This document shows, piece by piece, positions 51,915 to 62,146 of a stretch of DNA of 64,000 nucleotides. Made by a program: the position numbers and the translations under genes. The notes below the pieces were generated by a model. The model did no database searches. It worked only from the letters and a program-made list of their open reading frames with translations, and had not been told where the DNA came from. Within the stretch, counting starts at the first letter, position 1. The number at the start of each line of letters is the position of its first letter. Source of the stretch: Nitrospinaceae bacterium (lineage in GTDB: Bacteria > Nitrospinota > Nitrospinia > Nitrospinales > Nitrospinaceae); contig OZ245011.1 of the NCBI GenBank assembly GCA_965223665.1, forward strand, positions 2,048,001 through 2,112,000. Reading direction: 5' to 3'.

Positions 51915-53360
51915 TTAATCTTTATTCGATACCACCACTTCATATTCCCCTTCGATGAGTGGACTGGGCAGTTTTCCCGCACCGAGGCTTTGCAAAAGTT
52001 GTAAAGGCTCGCAGGGAAACCGCACGCGCGTTTCCTTGTTCTCAATGACAGATTGGTGCACAGCCATTTCATAATTCAGAAGTGCGTATAACAAGGGATC
52101 GTTTAACGGTTTTTTATCCTGCATAAAGTCGTTGAAAGCCTGCGCTTCGTCGGAGGCAAAAAGATGCGGCACTGAATCCTTCCAAAAATATTCCATCAGA
52201 TTCAATAACGCTTTCTCTCCATACCGCAGCATAATGTAGCGACAGGAATACTTCAGACAGTCGATCAGTTTTCCCTTCTGCACGCTTGTGATCAATTTGC
52301 GATAGATCTTTAAACCCTCATCCTGTTTTAAACTTTCGGCAATGGGTTCCTGAGTCGGTTTGCCCAGCACCAATGCAGATAAGGTTTGTTCCCATTCAGC
52401 TTGTGTGGGTTCCATGGGTTCCTCCATATTCTCTCGGCTTAAAATGTTGCCACGGGTTTTAGACGTGAGACTTCGAATGGCTCTTCGGTTCCACATTTTT
52501 TTGATTTGTTTAAATTGGGTCACAATCGATTCCATCGAAATGTTATTCGCATAAATGTATTCGGGAAAAATTTCAAAGATCACCGCCTTCAGGTTAGGCA
52601 GTTGAGGAATGATTTCCAACGCCACCTCTTCCACTTCTTTCGGAATCAAATTGGAGTGCGCGTCCAGTAAGTAATCTTCAAACCGCTCGCCGCCGGCTAA
52701 ATGTATCTCCCACACTCTATCCAGGGGAATCGATTTCAAAACATCCCGAACTTTTTCGCGGCCGTTGACCTCGTTGCACCAAAGGTTATGCAGATCCAGC
52801 AGGATCCCGCAATCCGTTTCCTCGGCGATCCTTGCAAAGAACTCACCATCTTTCATTTCACCGGGCTGGGGTTTTAAATAATTCACACCCGTCTCAAACG
52901 CCACCGGAACCGGAAGCCGGTTTTGAAATTCACGAATATTTTTACAAGCCGTCTTTACGGTTTCCTTACTTTGAATCGGGGGTAACAAAAATCCCGTATG
53001 GTAATTTTCATCACCATAACTCACTTGATTAAAACTCAAATGTTCGCTGACCCATGGGGAGTTGAATGCCTGAATTGTTTCCAATAATGGCGGCAGTGAA
53101 AGAGCATCCGGCGGATGCGTTCCCCCAAAGGGAAACCCTACTCCGTGGATCAATTTGGGCAGTTTTATTTTTTGGAGAGTGGACACCGCCTGTGGGTCCA
53201 GAGAATATTTAACCGTTCCCTCCTTATTTTCTTTCAACCAAAAATTAGACGGTTCAATCTCTACCAAATCAATAAGCCCCTGCAGGGCCTCGACCACCCG
53301 ATCGAGGCCTGCAAAGTAGATCAATCCCACTCCTAATTCAGGTAGAGGTCGCACAGTCAC
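51915..53360 (-). CDS. DUF692-family multinuclear non-heme iron oxidative enzyme (MNIO) with fused C-terminal partner-like domain
   Basis: LGVGL, IHGVG, WVSEHLSF, LLPP, FETGVNY, GILLDLHNLWCN, EIHLAGG, DAHS, IFE. About 180 extra C-terminal residues. Confidence 0.92.
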   Translation of the reverse strand: MTVRPLPELGVGLIYFAGLDRVVEALQGLIDLVEIEPSNFWLKENKEGTVKYSLDPQAVSTLQKIKLPKLIHGVGFPFGGTHPPDALSLPPLLETIQAFNSPWVSEHLSFNQVSYGDENYHTGFLLPPIQSKETVKTACKNIREFQNRLPVPVAFETGVNYLKPQPGEMKDGEFFARIAEETDCGILLDLHNLWCNEVNGREKVRDVLKSIPLDRVWEIHLAGGERFEDYLLDAHSNLIPKEVEEVALEIIPQLPNLKAVIFEIFPEYIYANNISMESIVTQFKQIKKMWNRRAIRSLTSKTRGNILSRENMEEPMEPTQAEWEQTLSALVLGKPTQEPIAESLKQDEGLKIYRKLITSVQKGKLIDCLKYSCRYIMLRYGEKALLNLMEYFWKDSVPHLFASDEAQAFNDFMQDKKPLNDPLLYALLNYEMAVHQSVIENKETRVRFPCEPLQLLQSLGAGKLPSPLIEGEYEVVVSNKD

Positions 53361-53362
53361 CT

Positions 53363-53584
53363 CTACTTGCCAAAGGGTGCATCAATTACGAATTGTCGCT
53401 CAATGTCGTAACGGATGTCCCATCCCGACGTACAACCTTCACAACCCAGACGCCCTAAAACGGTCTTTTGGATTTCATTGAATTGCTTCAAATTGTAATA
53501 GGATGAAGCGGGGATTTTAACTTCCACCACATTGTTCATTCGTGGTCCAAATCCGTGAGCATTGACTGTAATTTTTTCTGGCAT
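53363..53584 (-). CDS. 73-aa putative RiPP precursor with LGRLGCEGCTSGWD motif
   Basis: RBS AAGGGAGGG, ATG 53584, stop 2 nt before the MNIO GTG. The only two Cys form a CxxC. Confidence 0.75.
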   Translation of the reverse strand: MPEKITVNAHGFGPRMNNVVEVKIPASSYYNLKQFNEIQKTVLGRLGCEGCTSGWDIRYDIERQFVIDAPFGK

Positions 53585-54556
53585 AATGTTTCCCTCCCTT
53601 AAAAGGTAATTAATAAAAATTGGCAATCATTCATTCTTAAACAACCGCCAGGTTTGCCACAGCAAACTTGATGATCTCTCCTCTTCCCCCAGGAAGAGGC
53701 GGCATGGACTGGGGGTGTATCCGTCTATTTTTTAATGAGCCTGTCGGGCGATTGTGTTGAGGTCCACCCCGCTAACTCACGATTTCATTATAGTTTTCGA
53801 GGAAAAAGAAAATATCGTACAAACCATATTTCATTTGTCATAGTCACAATGACACACGAAAAGGCACAACTTTGAGGTCGGATTTTGAGGTGGGAAAGAT
53901 TTCGTAAGGCCGGCATTAAAAAAATTTATCTTTAGTTGACGACTTACGGAAAACAATTTATGAGAGCGAAATAAAGTTTTTGTAAAAAACCTTTAGCACA
54001 CATAGGATCGATGATTTAATTGGCAAGTCATCCGGATTAAAATCGCAGTAGATTTCAAGTGAGAGTCCTCATTCTTTTCCGGACTCGCAAACCTTCCATT
54101 TCCAAAGTATTGCTTTCAAACTAAAATTAGACCCTCACAGAGGGCGGTGAAACGGAAAAATTTCCCTCAAAAATTTCATAATTATTTGTCCAATTTTCTA
54201 AACAATTTGCTGTCAAAAACAGTGGAAAGTTTTATCTAAAAAAAGACTACAAATTTTCTCTAACTCTGCGAAAATCAATAGAATTCGCAACGACAAGCAA
54301 CATAACTTCTTTACAATCAACCACATAAAACAAAGCCTTAGTTTCTGAAGGCCAGAAGAACGACTCCAGCCTTCCTTCAAAATAGTTCGGATGGGGTAAC
54401 TTTTGGAAAAAATTTGACGGTTTTATCAAAATATTAAAAAGTTTTGTTCCTTGACAACCTGAAACCTTTATGGATTAATATGCGCTAAGCCCATTTGGGG
54501 TATATCTTGAGGGGAGATTTTTAACTCATTTTACTTTTCCTGGGGAGGAAAACCAC

Positions 54557-55747
54557 ATGCAACGAACGCTCAGTTTAATCATCGGACTCATTCTACTTTT
54601 CACCACCGTTCCGGCTTTTGCCGTGACGGATGTCTTCACCAACCCGGAAGACAGTTATATAAGAATCACTTCTCGCACTGCAAATTATGGTTCAGAAAAT
54701 GTTCTTATCGCAGATGGGGTTGGGCTGGATCCCGACAACGGGAAACTCAATGAAGTTGCCTCCCTCATTCAATGGGATATTTCCTCTATTCCTCCGGGGG
54801 CAACAGTAACCGCAGCTAAAGTCACTTTAAATTTTACCGACTCCAGTTCCGGCCCCTATAATTTTCATTCGCAATTTTCTCCCTGGGCAGAGAGTACTGT
54901 TACCTGGAATGATTTTGATCCGGATACAAATATATTAGGAACTATTCCCCCTTCTACTTTTGGTATCACTTCCATTGAGTTAAATGCCAATGGGATTGCT
55001 GTGGTTCAAGGTTGGGTGGACGGTTCTTTTCCCAACAACGGTTTAGCGATTCGGACCGGCGGCACTAATAACGGAATTAATATGGATTCCAAAGAATCTG
55101 GTGGAACCATCCCAACATTAGAGGTGACTTATACAAATGATAACCCACCCACTGTCGAAAGCTTGCTTATAGAAATCAATAAGCTCAAAGGCTTATTGGC
55201 GGGTGCCAAACGAGAGGGGAATACTCTGGTCCTGGAGGGGATGAACCTGCAAATTATCAGTGGGTCGGGTGCTACCAATGGAAATCCCGATAGCCCCGCA
55301 AATACTGAACCAGAACAAACCGCCGTGAATGGCCTCGGAAATATAATTGTCGGATATAACGAATCCGTTTCATCTCGGCCTAAAAGTTATTCAGGTTCTC
55401 ACAATATTGTAGTGGGCAATGACCATAGTTTTTCCAGTTTCGGGGGACTGGTGGTAGGACGGAGCAATACCATTTCCGGGGTTTTTTCCAGTGTGAGTGG
55501 GGGGCAGAATGGCACAGCAAGCGGTAGATTTTCAAGCATAAGTGGGGGAGTTAGCAATATAGCCAGTGAATTCAATTCCAGCGTTTCTGGTGGACTTCAA
55601 AACCACGCAAGCGGAGCACATTCCAGTGTTAGCGGGGGATTATATGGAACTTCAAGCGGACTAGGTTCCAGCCTTAGTGGAGGAAACAGCCGGACCGCTT
55701 CCGGTAACAGTGACTGGGTCGCGGGAAGTTTGTTTGAGAGTTTTTAG
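54557..55747 (+). CDS. Secreted DNRLRE-like + SSVSGG repeat protein (5 repeats), array member 1
   Basis: Family architecture, ends DWVAGSLFESF. Confidence 0.87.
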   Translation: MQRTLSLIIGLILLFTTVPAFAVTDVFTNPEDSYIRITSRTANYGSENVLIADGVGLDPDNGKLNEVASLIQWDISSIPPGATVTAAKVTLNFTDSSSGPYNFHSQFSPWAESTVTWNDFDPDTNILGTIPPSTFGITSIELNANGIAVVQGWVDGSFPNNGLAIRTGGTNNGINMDSKESGGTIPTLEVTYTNDNPPTVESLLIEINKLKGLLAGAKREGNTLVLEGMNLQIISGSGATNGNPDSPANTEPEQTAVNGLGNIIVGYNESVSSRPKSYSGSHNIVVGNDHSFSSFGGLVVGRSNTISGVFSSVSGGQNGTASGRFSSISGGVSNIASEFNSSVSGGLQNHASGAHSSVSGGLYGTSSGLGSSLSGGNSRTASGNSDWVAGSLFESF

Positions 55748-55852
55748 TTAGGAATCAAAATATACTTAGAGGGGAGATTATTTAACTCATTTTATTTTTC
55801 CTGGGGAGGAAAACCGCATGAAGCAGTCACTTAGTTTTTTCATAGGAATCAT
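55711..55852 (+). repeat. 142-bp exact direct repeat (second copy 57155-57296) spanning gene end, spacer and next gene start
   Basis: Base-by-base comparison, offset 1444. Confidence 0.9.
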
Positions 55853-57191
55853 TCTACTTTTCACCACCGTTCCGGCTTTTGCCGTGACGGATGTCTTCAC
55901 CAACCCGGAAGACAGTTATGTGCGAGAAAGTTCTCCCGACACAAACTATGGATCCGAACCCGTTCTCATCGCCGATGGGGTTTCACAGGACCCGAACAAT
56001 GGAATTTATGGAGAGGTCGCGTCTCTCGTTCAGTGGGATATTTCCTCTATTCCCTCCGGTGCTACAGTAACTGGAGTTTCTATAACCTTCAACTTCTCCG
56101 ATGCCAGTTCAGGTCCCTACAATTTGCATGTGCAGAATACATCCTGGTCGGAAGGCTCTGTCACTTGGAATGAACTGGACTCGAGCGCAGGTATATTAGG
56201 AATCATTCCTCCTTTTTCATTTGGTGCGGTTTCAATACCTTTAAATACTGATGGAATTGCCTTAGTGCAAGGTTGGGTGGATGGATCTATTCCTAATAAT
56301 GGATTAGCCATTCGCACCAGCGGTACCAATAATGGAATAATGGCAAACTCCATGGAATCTGGCAACACTGGACCTGTGTTAAACGTGTCTTACAACACCA
56401 GTGATCAATCGCTGGAAGAACGAGTAGCGTATCTCGAAAACTTATTGGCTAATCTAACGCGAAATGGAGACGAGCTAATTTTGGAAGGGATGAATTTTCA
56501 TATCCGCAACGGACTTGGAGCCACTAATGGGAACCCATCTGATCCCGATAATGATTTCAATGAAACGGCTATCAATGGAAAAGGAAATTTGGTCATCGGT
56601 TACAACGAAGATATTCACCCTTATAACTTTTCTGGAGAACCTGCTTCGGATAAATCGGGTTCACATAATGTGATCATTGGCCACGGGCACAATTACAGCA
56701 GTTTCGGCGGATTAGTGGTCGGAAAAGACAACTGGATCAGCCGCCCATTTGCCAGCATCAGCGGAGGAAGAGAAAATGTTGCAAGTGGCAGATTATCCAG
56801 TGTCAGTGGAGGGTTTCGAAATACTGCAAGTGGAGATATATCCAGTGTCAGTGGTGGAACTAGAAATAATGCAAGTTCATTTGTCTCTAGTATCAGTGGC
56901 GGTGAGTTCAATATTGCTAGTGGTGTTGTGAGCAGTATTGGTGGAGGCTCTAAAAATATTGCAAACGGCTATAGTTCAAGTGTCACTGGTGGCGAGTCAA
57001 ACAATGCAAATGGCGATATGTCCAGTGTCACAGGTGGCGCGGGGAATAATGCAAACGGAAATAAATCTAGTGTCGGAGGTGGAGGCTCGAATAACGCCAG
57101 TGGCCTTGAATCCACAGTCAGTGGAGGCCATGCGCGAACTGCCCCAAATAGTAATGACTGGGTCGCGGGAAGTTTGTTTGAGAGTTTTTAG
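55818..57191 (+). CDS. Array member 2 (9 repeats)
   Basis: Family architecture. Confidence 0.87.
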   Translation: MKQSLSFFIGIILLFTTVPAFAVTDVFTNPEDSYVRESSPDTNYGSEPVLIADGVSQDPNNGIYGEVASLVQWDISSIPSGATVTGVSITFNFSDASSGPYNLHVQNTSWSEGSVTWNELDSSAGILGIIPPFSFGAVSIPLNTDGIALVQGWVDGSIPNNGLAIRTSGTNNGIMANSMESGNTGPVLNVSYNTSDQSLEERVAYLENLLANLTRNGDELILEGMNFHIRNGLGATNGNPSDPDNDFNETAINGKGNLVIGYNEDIHPYNFSGEPASDKSGSHNVIIGHGHNYSSFGGLVVGKDNWISRPFASISGGRENVASGRLSSVSGGFRNTASGDISSVSGGTRNNASSFVSSISGGEFNIASGVVSSIGGGSKNIANGYSSSVTGGESNNANGDMSSVTGGAGNNANGNKSSVGGGGSNNASGLESTVSGGHARTAPNSNDWVAGSLFESF

Positions 57192-57261
57192 TTAGGAATC
57201 AAAATATACTTAGAGGGGAGATTATTTAACTCATTTTATTTTTCCTGGGGAGGAAAACCGC

Positions 57262-58542
57262 ATGAAGCAGTCACTTAGTTTTTTCATAGGAATCATCTTA
57301 TTTATTACCAGTGTCCCGGCAATTGCACAACAGTCTTTTGACATTCAGGAAGACAGCTATGTGCGCAGCACATCCCCCACCTCTAACTACGGAACCGATA
57401 CTGTTTTAATCTCAGATGGTGTGGCACCTGATCCTGACAATGGGAAATACGGAGAGGTGGTCATGCTCCTGAAATGGGACCTCTCAGTCATTGATTCAAG
57501 AGCTGAAGTTCATTTCGCTCGTTTATTCTTTAACTCACTGGATGCCAGCTCTGGTCCTTATTATGTTTATGCTCAAAACTCCCCATGGTCGGAGAACTCG
57601 GTCACTTGGGAAGACCTGGATCAGGGAGGGACAATCATTGGAACAATTCCAGCATTTACATTTAATTATGCATTGAATACATCCAATATCCTTTTGAATG
57701 ATGATGGAGTTGCCTTGGTGCAAGGTTGGGTGGATGGATCAATTCCCAATAATGGATTTATCATCCGCAGCAGCGGCACCAATAATGGAATTAAAATGGA
57801 TTCTAAAGAATCCAATGTAGCGCCGCCTAGACTATCGGTTGGCTATTCCGGAGAAACTACTTTATTGGAATTGAAAGCAAGAGTCATTGAGCTCGAAAAA
57901 CTATTGGCTGGAGTGACACGTAACAACAACAATATACATTTTTCCGGAGTCAATGTTCACATTGACAACGGACTCGGCGCTACCAATGGCAATCCCAACA
58001 ATCCTGAAAGCGACAGTACCACTGAGGTCAACGGACTGGGCAATTTGATTGTGGGTTATAACGAAGAGTTTCATAATCCTGCTTTAAATGATAAATCCGG
58101 TTCACATAATATTGTAGTGGGTCACGGGCACACTTACTCTGGTCTGGGTGGACTGGTAGTAGGAAAATACAATTTAATTACAGGCTTATACTCCAGTGTT
58201 GCTGGCGGAAGAGGAAACACAGCTAGAGGACTATTTTCAAGTGTGAGCGGAGGCAATGCCAACGTTGCAGAAGGCGATTTATCCAGTATTCTTGGAGGAG
58301 ATGATAACTATACTGTCGGGGCTTATTCCGCAATCAGTGGCGGCAGATATAATGAAGCTAGAGGGCCCTCTTCAACTGTAAGCGGAGGGACGCTTAATAC
58401 CGCAACGGGTGATAGCTCTTCTGTAAGCGGTGGTTCAAATAATAAAGCCAATGGGACCAAGTCCACTATTAGTGGAGGGGACAATCGAACTGCTTCTGGT
58501 TTATACGACTGGGCCGCAGGGAGTTTGTTTGAAGATAACTAA
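57262..58542 (+). CDS. Array member 3 (7 repeats)
   Basis: Family architecture. Confidence 0.87.
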   Translation: MKQSLSFFIGIILFITSVPAIAQQSFDIQEDSYVRSTSPTSNYGTDTVLISDGVAPDPDNGKYGEVVMLLKWDLSVIDSRAEVHFARLFFNSLDASSGPYYVYAQNSPWSENSVTWEDLDQGGTIIGTIPAFTFNYALNTSNILLNDDGVALVQGWVDGSIPNNGFIIRSSGTNNGIKMDSKESNVAPPRLSVGYSGETTLLELKARVIELEKLLAGVTRNNNNIHFSGVNVHIDNGLGATNGNPNNPESDSTTEVNGLGNLIVGYNEEFHNPALNDKSGSHNIVVGHGHTYSGLGGLVVGKYNLITGLYSSVAGGRGNTARGLFSSVSGGNANVAEGDLSSILGGDDNYTVGAYSAISGGRYNEARGPSSTVSGGTLNTATGDSSSVSGGSNNKANGTKSTISGGDNRTASGLYDWAAGSLFEDN

Positions 58543-58690
58543 CTTTTTAAAAATACTGGCCAGGGTTTCTCGTGACCTACGTTAAATAAATGGGTATACA
58601 AACACACATCAACTGAAACTTTAGTTAGCCATCAATATTTTTTGAGGGGAGATTTTAAATCCATTTTATTTTCCTGGGGAGGAAAACCAC

Positions 58691-60013
58691 ATGCAACGAA
58701 CGCTCAGTTTTTTTATCGGACTCATCTTATTGTTCACCAGTGTTCCGGCCTTTGCCGTGACAGACGTCTTTACCAACCCGGAAGACAGCTATGTGCGAGA
58801 AAGTTCTCCCGACACAAACTATGGATCAGAACCTGTTCTTATCGCCGATGGAGTTTCACAGGATCCGGACAATGGTATTTATGGTGAAGTGATCACTCTG
58901 ATTCAATGGGATATTTCGTCCATTCCTGCGGACGCCACCGTGACCGCTGCATTTATAACTTTTAATTATACCAACGAAAGTTCCGGGGACTATGAATTTT
59001 ACTTACAAAATCAACCATGGTCTGAAAATTCTGTTACGTGGGAAGATTTAAATCCGGGGGCCATTCTTATGGGCACTATACCCGCGTATACCCTTGGCGA
59101 GGAATCCAGAGCATTTGATAGGGCTGGTATCCCTTTAATCCAAGGTTGGGTGGACGGGTCCATTCCAAACAATGGCATTATAATACGCACCTTTCGTAGC
59201 AATAACGGGATCGGTATGGAATCGAAAGAAGCTTCGGGATTCATTCCGACTTTGCACGTGGTTTACGACACAATTACTGAAACTTTGGAACAGCGCGTTG
59301 CCTACCTGGAACAACTATTGGCTGGAGTGACACGTAACAACAACAATATACATTTTTCCGGAGTCAATGTTCACATTGACAACGGACTCGGTGCGACAAA
59401 TGGCAATCCGGAAGAACCGGACAGTATCAATCCGGACGATACCTCCGTTAACGGGTTGGGTAATTTGATTGTCGGCTACAACGAACCATTCCCTTCATCT
59501 GAATTTAATGATAAAAGCGGATCTCACAATGTCATCATCGGTCATGGTCATAGTTATTCTAGTTTTGGAGGAACAACTGTCGGCCAGGATAACCGTATAT
59601 TAGCTCCATATACCAGTGTGACCGGTGGTATCCGCAATAGAGCCGGCGGAGAATATTCATCTGTGAGCGGAGGTAGCGGGAATTGGGCTTTGGCCAAAGG
59701 TTCAAGTATTAGCGGTGGATCTGACAACCTAATCCAGAACACCGGGGAATATGCAAGTATTAGCGGAGGTTCTTATCATGAAGCCACTGGAGAAAATTCC
59801 AGTATCAGTGGAGGCGTTTTAAATACCGCACACGGTGAAAATTCCAGTATCACCGGAGGCAGAAGTGGCATTACTCGTGGTTACAACTCCACTGTCAGCG
59901 GTGGCTTTGCTAATACTGCCAATGGAGATTATTCCACCGTCAGTGGGGGTCATGCCCGGTCAGTTGACGGAGAAAGTGACTGGGCCGCCGGAAGTTTGTT
60001 TGAAGATCATTAG
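58691..60013 (+). CDS. Array member 4 (8 repeats)
   Basis: Family architecture. Confidence 0.87.
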   Translation: MQRTLSFFIGLILLFTSVPAFAVTDVFTNPEDSYVRESSPDTNYGSEPVLIADGVSQDPDNGIYGEVITLIQWDISSIPADATVTAAFITFNYTNESSGDYEFYLQNQPWSENSVTWEDLNPGAILMGTIPAYTLGEESRAFDRAGIPLIQGWVDGSIPNNGIIIRTFRSNNGIGMESKEASGFIPTLHVVYDTITETLEQRVAYLEQLLAGVTRNNNNIHFSGVNVHIDNGLGATNGNPEEPDSINPDDTSVNGLGNLIVGYNEPFPSSEFNDKSGSHNVIIGHGHSYSSFGGTTVGQDNRILAPYTSVTGGIRNRAGGEYSSVSGGSGNWALAKGSSISGGSDNLIQNTGEYASISGGSYHEATGENSSISGGVLNTAHGENSSITGGRSGITRGYNSTVSGGFANTANGDYSTVSGGHARSVDGESDWAAGSLFEDH

Positions 60014-60112
60014 CCCTTTTAAGCATCAGGCCTCGAGTGTTTCTCGGAGCCTGCGCTTGTGACAGGAACACGGACATGAACATCAACTGATTTTTTAGTT
60101 AAGTTTTCAGAG

Positions 60113-60401
60113 GAGACCTTTGCATAACAGTAAATTATTGAATGAACCGCAAAAGTTATGGAGCGGTGCCCTATGTATTCCCCCTTTGTGAAGGAGACCT
60201 TTGCGTAACCACAAAATTGGGAAATCCCTGAATGTGAATCACCCCGACCCTCTTTAGGAAAGAGGGCGAACATGGGTCTCCGTTTTTCTATTGGGTTTGT
60301 TTGTGAAATAGCCATTAGTTATGCAAAGATCTCTTTGTGAAGGGGGTTAGGGGGATTTTACCTCCAGAGGTTTTATGTTTTCTGACTTATGCAATGGTCG
60401 C
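60113..60401. mobile_element. 140-bp MITE interrupted by a nested second copy
   Basis: Left TIR GAGACCTTTGCATAAC, degenerate right TIR CTTATGCAATGGTCGC, flanks TTTTCAGAG/GTTTCAGAG. 289-140-9 = 140 bp. Confidence 0.82.
60194..60333. mobile_element. Nested 140-bp MITE, opposite orientation
   Basis: TIRs GAGACCTTTGCGTAAC / GTTATGCAAAGATCTC, perfect 9-bp TSD TTTGTGAAG (60185-60193, 60334-60342). Confidence 0.9.
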
Positions 60402-60454
60402 GTTTCAGAGGGGAACTTTTTAACTCATTTTATTTTCCTGGGGAGGAAAACCGC

Positions 60455-61837
60455 ATGCCACGAACACTCAGCTTTTGTATCGGACTCATTTTACTATTCA
60501 CCAGTGTTCCGGCCTTTGCCGTAACACATTTTTTTACCAATCCGGACGACAGTTACGTTCGCCAAACATCACCCACCACCAACTATGGCTCTGAAAATGT
60601 TCTCATCGCCGACGGGGTTTCTCAGGATCCGAATAACGGAACCTATGGTGAGGTGGCAACAGTCATTCAGTGGAATGTTTCTACCATAATACCCTCCGAT
60701 GCGACTGTCACAGGCGTTTCGGTCATTTTAAATTTAACAGACTCCAGCACGGGTCCTTACAATATTTATTCCCAGAATAGTCCCTGGTCAGAAAATACGG
60801 TGGACTGGACTAGTTTTGATCCGGGATCACAAATACTGGGGACCATTCCTCCATCTACAATTGGTTTAGAAACGATTGTTTTGAATGCAGACGCAGTGGC
60901 CTTAGTGCAGAGTTGGGTCGACGGATCCAATTCAAATAGTGGGCTCGCTATTCGTACTGGCGGAACCAATAATGGAATTCAGATGAATTCCCATGAATCG
61001 GGCGGAACTCCCCCTACCCTGGAAGTGACTTATACCACCAGCAGTGAACCCACTCTGCAAAGTTTACAGGCTGAAATCAACAGGCTCAACGCTTTATTGG
61101 CTGGAGTGACTCGCAATAACAATAATATTCGTTTCAGTGGCGTGAATGTTCAAATTGATAACGGCCTCGGCGCAACCAACGGCAACCCCGAACAACCGGA
61201 TGAATCGGTTGATACTTTTGTAAATGGATTAGGTAATTTAATTGTAGGTTATAACGAGGAAATCAGACCTTATAGAGGTGATACTCCAGCATCTAATAAA
61301 AGCGGTTCGCATAACATCGTTGTAGGGCACGGCCATAATTATTCGAGTTACGGCGGATTAGTTGTGGGTAGAGATAGCATTATTTCAGGTCCCTATGCCA
61401 GTGTCAGCGGGGGCGCACAAAACATTGCCAGTGCACCCCTTTCCTCTGTCAGCGGGGGTTTTGTAAATGAAGCGAATGGAAATTCATCCAGTGTCAGCGG
61501 AGGCCATCAAAACATAGCCAATGAAGCAGGATCCAGCGTCAGTGGAGGCTCGGGTAACATTGCCGGTGGTCGTTGGTCCAGTGTTAGTGGGGGTTTTACG
61601 AACACTGCAAACGGTGGACTCTCCAGCGTCAGTGGCGGTCAATTCAATAATGCAAGTGGAGCTTTATCCAGCATAAGCGGAGGTCGTGAAAATACGGCCA
61701 GCGAATTTTTTTCAAGTGTGCAGGGAGGACGCCAAAACACTGCCAGCGGAAACACTTCGTCTATAAGTGGAGGAAACAATCGAACCGCCGCAGGCACTTA
61801 TGACTGGGCAGCGGGCAGTTTGTTTGAAGATAATTAA
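60455..61837 (+). CDS. Array member 5 (9 repeats)
   Basis: True start ATG 60455 after GGGGAGG, family architecture. Confidence 0.87.
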   Translation: MPRTLSFCIGLILLFTSVPAFAVTHFFTNPDDSYVRQTSPTTNYGSENVLIADGVSQDPNNGTYGEVATVIQWNVSTIIPSDATVTGVSVILNLTDSSTGPYNIYSQNSPWSENTVDWTSFDPGSQILGTIPPSTIGLETIVLNADAVALVQSWVDGSNSNSGLAIRTGGTNNGIQMNSHESGGTPPTLEVTYTTSSEPTLQSLQAEINRLNALLAGVTRNNNNIRFSGVNVQIDNGLGATNGNPEQPDESVDTFVNGLGNLIVGYNEEIRPYRGDTPASNKSGSHNIVVGHGHNYSSYGGLVVGRDSIISGPYASVSGGAQNIASAPLSSVSGGFVNEANGNSSSVSGGHQNIANEAGSSVSGGSGNIAGGRWSSVSGGFTNTANGGLSSVSGGQFNNASGALSSISGGRENTASEFFSSVQGGRQNTASGNTSSISGGNNRTAAGTYDWAAGSLFEDN

Positions 61838-61951
61838 TTCTATAAAACATGCCTTGAAAGGATTCGAGGTAATTCATGGTCAAGGCAACAGGGACGTTCT
61901 TTGGCCGTGAAACTGTTTTTATCATCTTAATTTTTAATCAAATTTTCAGAG

Positions 61952-62091
61952 GAGACCTTTGCATAACAGTAACTATGGAACAAAAAGCAATGGATATAAA
62001 AGAGGAAGCTGATGTTCGCCCTCTTTCTTAAAGAGGGTCGGGGTGATTCACCGCCAGGGGTTTTATGTTTTCTGACTTATGCAATGGTCGC
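61952..62091. mobile_element. 140-bp MITE
   Basis: Same TIRs and same TTTTCAGAG/GTTTCAGAG flanks as 60113-60401. Internal palindrome CCCTCTTTCTTAAAGAGGG. Confidence 0.85.
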
Positions 62092-62146
62092 GTTTCAGAG
62101 GGGAGATTTTTTAACTCATTTTATTTTTCCTGGGGAGGAAACAAGC

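Noticed and set aside
54451-54479. Promoter for the array (TTGACA at 54451)
   Set aside because: The -10 at 17-bp spacing (ATTAAT) is weak, so I could not call it with confidence.
60019-60454. ORF 60019-60315 and the extended starts at 60389 and 62012
   Set aside because: They derive from MITE and leader sequence. The RBS and signal peptides place the starts at 60455 and 62147.
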